Part shown: in pieces, positions 58,495 through 64,000 of the stretch
Position numbering within the stretch: position 1 is the stretch's first letter
Layout of the letters: every line of letters begins with the position of its first letter
NCBI GenBank assembly: GCA_027067575.1
Contig: JAMOVQ010000141.1
Location: 26,731-90,730 of the forward strand
Length of the DNA stretch: 64,000 nt
From: Thermoanaerobaculia bacterium
GTDB lineage: Bacteria > Acidobacteriota > Thermoanaerobaculia > Thermoanaerobaculales > Sulfomarinibacteraceae
Reading direction: 5' to 3'
Notes under the pieces: generated by a model
The model's input: only the letters and a program-made list of their open reading frames with translations
Databases searched by the model: none
Told to the model about the DNA's origin: nothing
Program-made: the position numbers and the translations under genes

Positions 58495-61236
58495 TCAGAA
58501 AGCCGTGCCGAAGGAGAACGTCAGCTCCCCGCGCGACTCGCCGGGCTTCCGGTCGAGCTTGGAGCCGTACTCGAGGCGCAGCGGGCCGGCGGGGGTGTGG
58601 ATCCGGAGGCCGATCCCTGCGCCCCAGCGGACGTCGCCGGGCGAGACACGGGAGGGGTCGGCCCACACGTTGCCCGCATCGAGGAAGACGACCCCCGAGA
58701 CGATCCCGCGGATCGGGTGCCGCCATTCGAGGTTGAGGATGACGATGGCGTTGCCGCCGATCGGGTTCCCGTTCTCGTCGATGGTCTCACCGGGGATGCC
58801 CAGCCGGTCGATGGGGAACGCCCGGTGGGAGACCCGGCCGCCGGCGAAGTAGCGGGCGCCGATGGGGATCTTGAGGTTCTCGGGCTCGACCCCGCCGATC
58901 CCGACGGGGTGGATGGCACCGAGGTGAAGCCCCAGGGCGCCCGTCCCGCCGAGGAACGGTCCGAAGAGCCCGAGCCGCCCGTCGAGCTTGAGGAAGTGGG
59001 CCTCGGCCTTGAGGAGGGGGAAGGCGTACTGGGCGCTGAAGGAGGCGAGCACCCCTCGCCCCGGGTCCAGCGGGTCGTCCCGGGTGTCCCACTCCAGCGT
59101 CGGCGTCAGCGAGGCGATCCGGATCCGCTGTTCCTGCCGTTCCAGCTCGGAGAGGATGTCGTCGGGGGCGTCGGGCTCGACCCGCTGGTACTCGTACCGG
59201 AGCCACCGCCGGTACGGCCTGCGGCGGCGGTCCCCGACGTCGATCCACAGGCCCCGGCGGTGCTGGGCGAACGACGTGAAGGTCTCCTCGGTCTTGTACA
59301 GCGAGACGTAGGCCGGCACGCCGAGGTCGAGGACGTCGTGCTCCCGGAGCGTCGCCTGGAACCGCTGTTCCCGGCTCGAGAGCCGCGCCTCGACGCCGAG
59401 GGCGTGGGCGTGGCCGAGCAGGTTGAGGTGGGACCAGCCGACGATCAGGCGGGCCCGGCTGTCCGTGTCCCACCCCACCCCGAGGACGTACGACCGCTGG
59501 CGCCCCTCCTCGCACCGGACGAGCAGGCCGCGCCGCGGGCCCCGCTCCTCCCCGGGGAGCGGCACGATGTCGATCCGCCGGAACAGCCCGAGCTCGTACA
59601 GCTCCTGTTGGGCGTCGAGGATCGCGGAGAGCGAGTACGGCCTGCCCGTGGCCACCCCGTGCCGGGTCAGGATCTTCCGGACCACGGAGGTCGCCGTCGT
59701 CCGCAGTCCGGCCACGACGACCTCTCCCAGGGTGACGTACGGTCCGGGTACGGCGCGGACCGTCACGCGCGCCTCGCCGGGGCGCGAGGTGTCCACGTCG
59801 ACCTCGACCCTTCCGTCCGGGTACCCCGCCGAGGCCAGCGCCAGCTCCAGCGCCTGGCGGGCCGGTCCCACGGCGCCGGGGTTCCACGGCCCCTCCTCCT
59901 TGAGCGGCAGCGGCCCCTCGAGCGCCGCCAGCACCTCGACCGGGAACCCCTCGAGCCGGAGCTCGCTCAGCCGCCACCGCCGGCCCTCGTGGACGGGGAA
60001 GACGATCCGGACCCGGTCTCCCGCCTCCGCGGGCTCGATCCGCGGCGGGTCCACGGAGACCTCGACGAACCCGCGCGACCGGTAGAGCCCCTCCACCGCC
60101 TGCCGGTCCGCCTCCAGCGTCGTCCCGGTCACGCGGCGGCCCCGCCACCCTCCCACCCTGCCGGGCCGGACCCGGACCGTTCGCCGGAGCTCCCGGGGGG
60201 CGATGGCCGAGGCTCCGGGGAACCGCACGGCCTCGATCCGGACCCGGGGCCCCGGCTTCGCCTCGATGGCCAGGCTCCGCGCCCCGTCCTCCCGACCGAT
60301 CCGGACCGACACCGTGGCCAGGAGGTACCCCCGCGCCTGGAGACCCTCGAGGATCCGCTGCTCCACGTACCCCGCCTGGTCGGGGTGGAGGTCGCCGGCC
60401 TCGGGGTCGGGCAGGACGGCCCGGACCAGATGCCGGACATCCTCGTCACCCGCGATCTCGAGCCGCCACCGCGGGCCGGGATCGACCTCGAGCTCCAGCA
60501 CGGTCCCCGAGGCCGTCCGCCGGCGCCTCACACCGGTCACCGCGCCGTCCCAGTATCCCTCGCGCCGCAGCGCCCGCTCGACGGCGGTCCGTGCCCGCTC
60601 GATCCGGCGCGCCGTCAGGATGTCGCCGGCGTCGAGCCCCGCGGCGGCCGCCAGCTCGCCCTCGGGGTCCGGCACCCCCACGATCACCACCCTGTCCAGG
60701 CGGTCGGGCTTCCCCCGGTCGACGGCCACCGTGATCCGCACCGCATCGGCGGCGGGGTCGTACTCGACGGAGGGCTCCGCCGAGGCCTCGGGGTACCCCT
60801 CCTCTACGAGCCGCTTCACCACACGGTCGCACGCCCGCTCGAGGGCCGCCGCGGTGAACAGCTCGCCGCGGACGAGCCCCAGCCAGCCGCGGACCTTCCG
60901 CCTGGTCCGCCCCTCCACGCCGGTGACCTCCACCGACTCGATCCGCGGGCGGAGGAACAGCCGGACACGGACGGCCACCCCGTCTCCGTCCGGCTCGCTC
61001 GTGACCACGACGTCGTCGATGCGGCCGCGGGCCCAGAGGACGCGGACCCCCCGCCGCAACCGGGCCGGATCGAGCGGCGCGCCCGCCTCGAGGCCGAGGG
61101 TCCCCAGCACCTCCTCGCGGGAGACCGGCCCGTCCGCCTCCACGGTGACGGTGGTGACGGGCCGCCCGCCGCCGGCCACGGCCGGCGCCGCCACGGCCAG
61201 GGCGAGGAGCAGCGCCGCGGCGGGACGGCGGCCCAT
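58495..61236 (-). CDS. bamA: outer membrane protein assembly factor BamA (Omp85 family)
   Basis: In-frame ATG at 61236 in ORF 58495..62424, overlapping the tamB stop. Signal peptide, a long POTRA-repeat region, and a C-terminal beta-barrel ending ...ELTFSFGTAF with a terminal aromatic residue. About 913 aa. Confidence 0.88.
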   Translation of the reverse strand: MGRRPAAALLLALAVAAPAVAGGGRPVTTVTVEADGPVSREEVLGTLGLEAGAPLDPARLRRGVRVLWARGRIDDVVVTSEPDGDGVAVRVRLFLRPRIESVEVTGVEGRTRRKVRGWLGLVRGELFTAAALERACDRVVKRLVEEGYPEASAEPSVEYDPAADAVRITVAVDRGKPDRLDRVVIVGVPDPEGELAAAAGLDAGDILTARRIERARTAVERALRREGYWDGAVTGVRRRRTASGTVLELEVDPGPRWRLEIAGDEDVRHLVRAVLPDPEAGDLHPDQAGYVEQRILEGLQARGYLLATVSVRIGREDGARSLAIEAKPGPRVRIEAVRFPGASAIAPRELRRTVRVRPGRVGGWRGRRVTGTTLEADRQAVEGLYRSRGFVEVSVDPPRIEPAEAGDRVRIVFPVHEGRRWRLSELRLEGFPVEVLAALEGPLPLKEEGPWNPGAVGPARQALELALASAGYPDGRVEVDVDTSRPGEARVTVRAVPGPYVTLGEVVVAGLRTTATSVVRKILTRHGVATGRPYSLSAILDAQQELYELGLFRRIDIVPLPGEERGPRRGLLVRCEEGRQRSYVLGVGWDTDSRARLIVGWSHLNLLGHAHALGVEARLSSREQRFQATLREHDVLDLGVPAYVSLYKTEETFTSFAQHRRGLWIDVGDRRRRPYRRWLRYEYQRVEPDAPDDILSELERQEQRIRIASLTPTLEWDTRDDPLDPGRGVLASFSAQYAFPLLKAEAHFLKLDGRLGLFGPFLGGTGALGLHLGAIHPVGIGGVEPENLKIPIGARYFAGGRVSHRAFPIDRLGIPGETIDENGNPIGGNAIVILNLEWRHPIRGIVSGVVFLDAGNVWADPSRVSPGDVRWGAGIGLRIHTPAGPLRLEYGSKLDRKPGESRGELTFSFGTAF

Positions 61237-64000
61237 CAGTACCGCCTCCGAAGCTTGATGTCCAGGGAGTACGACCCGTCGGTGTCCCGGGTGGCCTCGA
61301 GGAACAGCCCCCTGGAGAGGTACCACCGGCTGATCACCACCTCCTCCCGGTTGGAGGAGAGGTTCGACTGCACCACGAGGGTCCAGTTCGGCGCCAGCTG
61401 CTTGACCAGCGTGACCCGGGCCGTGGGGTTGCCGGTGGTGCTCTCGGAGAACGGGTCGATCCGGAGCTGGTCCACCGCCAGGATCGACCGGGCCCGCCGG
61501 TCGAGCTCGGCGTTGATCTGGCTCGTCAGGATGCTCGACGCCAGGACCGCGCCCATCCCCTCCTCCTCCCGGCCCGTCCTCCGGCCGAGGGAGAGCAGGG
61601 AGAGGATGTCCGCCTCCTGGAGCGGGGGATCGGAGGTCAGCACCGGGTGGAGGCTCCGGGGCGTCCCCTGGAGGAGGATCGTCACGGCGTAGACGTCGAC
61701 CCATGTCCGCGCCTCGAGGTCGATCCGCGGCTCGATGGACGATGGGTCGGTGAACAGCAGGACGCACCGGTCGAGCTCGTACCGGACGCCGCGGAGGAAC
61801 AGGTCGCCCCCCTCTGCCAGCTCGATCCGGCCCACGACGCCCGGCCTGGCGGGCGTCCCCGAGATGTCGAGCACGGCCGAGGCCACGATGTGCACGAACG
61901 GCGAGCGCATCTCGATCGTCCGGTCGGCCTCCACGTGGAGTGCGAGCCGCGGTCGCTCCGGGGGCCGGCCCTGTCCCCCCCCGCCGAACCACTCGAGGAG
62001 CAGCGTCGCCGGGTCGTCGCGCCGCCGGAGCACCGTCCGGTCCACCGTCAGGCGGCCCCCGAGCTCGAGCCCGTCGGGCGGGCCGCGCAGCCACCACGAT
62101 CCCGAGAGGCGCGCCTCGAAACCAGGGAGCACCGTGTACCGCACGGCGCGGGCCGACCCCTCGAGGGCGAGCACGGGGCGCCCGTCCCGGAGACGGACCG
62201 TCCCATCCACCGTCGCGTCGCCCCCCATGATCCTCAGCCGCACCCCGGACAGGAGCGCTTCGGTCTCGTCGAGCTCGATGGCGCCGTCGATGGAGGTCGC
62301 GATCATCGGGCTCCCCGGCAGCCGGAACGATCCCTGGGCGACGCGCAGCCGCCCCCGGAGCCGCGGCGCCGTGACGGTCCCGAGGATCCGGACCGTGCCC
62401 TCCAGCCGTCCCGCCGGCTCCCACCGGGGCAGGACGAGCCGCAGCAGGAGCCCGTCGAGGGTCCCCCGGACGGTCCCGTCCAGCGTCCCGTCCGCACCCC
62501 GCGCGACGGCCACGGCGACCTCGTCCCCCCCCACCGCCAGCCGAAGCTCATCGAGCCTGGCGGCCCCGTCCCCCTCCAGCACGAACGGGGCGGGCCGGAC
62601 GAGCCGCACGGGCCGTTCCCCCAGCGTCAGCTCCACGCGGTCGAGCGTCCCGCGGAGCTCCGGCGCCCCGCCGTCGGGCCACCGGACCGCCAGCGTGCAC
62701 AACACCCGCCCGTCCAGGGGGATCCCCCGCCCGGGGAGGAGCCTGTCGAGCACCGCGCCGACGTCGTCCACCCGGACCGAGCCGCCCCCTTCCAGCCCGT
62801 CCGCCGTTCTCCGGAGGTCGAGCCCCCCCTCCGCCGCGCCCTCGAGGTGGAGGTCGGCGTGGACGCCGTCCTCGCCGGTCCGGACCCCGACCGACGCGCC
62901 CGGGGTCCGGATGGAGGCCCGCGCCGACGCCACACCGTCGAGCGGCCAGTCCACCGACGCCTCCAGCGTGCCGTGTCCGCCGGTCAGCCGGGCGAGAAGG
63001 GGGTGGACCACCCCGGGATCGAACCCGGACCACCGGAGGGCCCCCTCCACCCGCCGCCCCGCCACGTCCCACGACGCCTCGCCCGACGCCCCGCCCTCGA
63101 AGGCGATCGCCCTCGCCGTGAACGTGCCGCGCTCGAGCTCCACGCGGGCCGACCCGTGCCCGAACGGGACCCCCGCTACCTCCACGCCCGTCAGCCCGAG
63201 GGCGAACGACCCGGAGGGCCGCGCGACGCTCCCGCCGAGCGTTCCGCTGAACGCCGCCTTCCCCTCGAGCTCCACCGGCGTGTGGAGCCACCCTCCGACC
63301 GTCTCCAGGGGAACCCCCATCGCCGTCAGTTGGAGCGCCAGCTGGTCCTCCGGCCGGTCCCACCGGACGGTGCCGCGCGCCCGCCCACCGCCGCGCCCGA
63401 TCCGGAACACGGCTCTCCCGATGGTCAGCCGCGAGCCGGCCACCGTGGCCGTCACGGCGGCGTGGTCCAGCGCGACGGGGGCAAGGACGAGGGGCGCCAG
63501 GTCCGCCTCGATCGACACGTGGGGCGCCTTCCACGGCCCGGAGAGGCCGAGGTGGAGCGTTCCCGCCCCGTCGAGCCGTTTTGGGAGCACCGTCCGGCCC
63601 ACGAGGGCATCGGTCACCCGGACGATCTCGGGCAGGTCCCGCGTCCGGATCGCCAGCGACCAGGAGGGGATCCAGTCCCCAAGCGTCAGCGGGCCCTGGA
63701 GGTCCACCGTGGACCGCCCGATGGCGAGACCGCGGCCGTCGAGCTGGAGGACGCCGGGCGGGGCCAGCGCCAGACGCATCTCGCCCTCCACGGGCAGCGG
63801 CCCGGCCGCCGGATGGACGGTGACGTCGGCCGTCCCGTGCCCCTCCCGGATCCGCCGGCCCTTCCACGCCAGCGAGACCGAGGCGTCGAACCGTCCCGCC
63901 AGCCCCACCGGCGGCATCCGGACGTCGCCGAGGAACGGCTCCAGCGCCACGCCCCGGCCCTCGAGGGTGATCCCGTGGTGCCAGGGCCGCCCCAGCGGCG
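61236..64000 (-). CDS. tamB: translocation and assembly module protein TamB (AsmA-like, DUF490 C-terminus), partial: N-terminus lies beyond the right edge
   Basis: ORF 61236..63950. The frame stays open to position 64000. It is a long beta-rich repetitive protein ending ...EATRDTDGSYSLDIKLRRRY, immediately upstream of bamA. Confidence 0.75.
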   Translation of the reverse strand, partial: PLGRPWHHGITLEGRGVALEPFLGDVRMPPVGLAGRFDASVSLAWKGRRIREGHGTADVTVHPAAGPLPVEGEMRLALAPPGVLQLDGRGLAIGRSTVDLQGPLTLGDWIPSWSLAIRTRDLPEIVRVTDALVGRTVLPKRLDGAGTLHLGLSGPWKAPHVSIEADLAPLVLAPVALDHAAVTATVAGSRLTIGRAVFRIGRGGGRARGTVRWDRPEDQLALQLTAMGVPLETVGGWLHTPVELEGKAAFSGTLGGSVARPSGSFALGLTGVEVAGVPFGHGSARVELERGTFTARAIAFEGGASGEASWDVAGRRVEGALRWSGFDPGVVHPLLARLTGGHGTLEASVDWPLDGVASARASIRTPGASVGVRTGEDGVHADLHLEGAAEGGLDLRRTADGLEGGGSVRVDDVGAVLDRLLPGRGIPLDGRVLCTLAVRWPDGGAPELRGTLDRVELTLGERPVRLVRPAPFVLEGDGAARLDELRLAVGGDEVAVAVARGADGTLDGTVRGTLDGLLLRLVLPRWEPAGRLEGTVRILGTVTAPRLRGRLRVAQGSFRLPGSPMIATSIDGAIELDETEALLSGVRLRIMGGDATVDGTVRLRDGRPVLALEGSARAVRYTVLPGFEARLSGSWWLRGPPDGLELGGRLTVDRTVLRRRDDPATLLLEWFGGGGQGRPPERPRLALHVEADRTIEMRSPFVHIVASAVLDISGTPARPGVVGRIELAEGGDLFLRGVRYELDRCVLLFTDPSSIEPRIDLEARTWVDVYAVTILLQGTPRSLHPVLTSDPPLQEADILSLLSLGRRTGREEEGMGAVLASSILTSQINAELDRRARSILAVDQLRIDPFSESTTGNPTARVTLVKQLAPNWTLVVQSNLSSNREEVVISRWYLSRGLFLEATRDTDGSYSLDIKLRRRY

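Overview
The window is very GC-rich bacterial chromosome from a diderm organism, since bamA, tamB, a lipoprotein lytic transglycosylase and prepilin peptidase are present. It is densely packed with about 54 protein-coding genes. I saw no rRNA, tRNA, CRISPR array, transposase or integrase. All calls rest on reading motifs in the supplied translations and the DNA; no database search was run. Many supplied ORFs are N-terminally over-extended or are off-frame artefacts of GC-rich DNA. I therefore re-set starts at internal ATG/GTG codons that create ATGA/GTGA overlaps with the upstream stop or follow a GGAGG-like Shine-Dalgarno sequence.

Layout:
- 332-9365 (+): a translationally coupled glycan-assembly cluster of three GT4 genes, one GT2, a WecA/MraY-like initiating transferase, an FAD oxidoreductase and a polytopic membrane protein. 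It runs directly into prepilin peptidase.
- 9326-17955: selA, a hypothetical gene plus a TPR/proline-rich gene, ychF, and a coupled speA / small membrane protein / uvrB unit.
- 18037-22997 (+): an LtaS-type sulfatase-fold transferase with a duplicated N-terminal beta-rich module, coupled to an ArnT/PMT-like GT-C membrane glycosyltransferase.
- 23114-28125: maeB, ddl with a zinc-ribbon gene, and a DUF1343 (NamZ-family) gene.
- 28234-43567 (-): a complete 14-gene dcw cluster, mraZ-rsmH-ftsL-ftsI-murE-murF-mraY-murD-ftsW-murG-murC-ftsQ-ftsA-ftsZ. It has a candidate promoter and a 10-bp-phased MraZ operator.
- 43892-45810 (-): a DUF302 / flavoprotein disulfide reductase pair.
- 46002-48626 (-): an archaeal-style HMG-CoA synthase / thiolase / DUF35 trio.
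- 48831-52777 (+): trm112-like, an O-antigen-ligase-family gene, and xseA-xseB-ispA.
- 52852-57976: a lytic transglycosylase coupled to a coiled-coil/GAF-like/(EP)n protein, two exported proteins, and HU.
- 58495-64000 (-): tamB (partial) and bamA.

Most of this is core housekeeping and I do not see a clear defence or mobile system. The least explained signal is a pair of roughly 105-nt near-identical structured direct repeats in the bamA-hup intergenic gap. The next most interesting are the unusual LtaS-like/GT-C pair, the glycan cluster coupled to pilD, the GAF-like/(EP)n protein coupled to the lytic transglycosylase, and the archaeal-type mevalonate-entry trio. Coordinates of non-coding features were hand-indexed and may be off by 1-2 nt.
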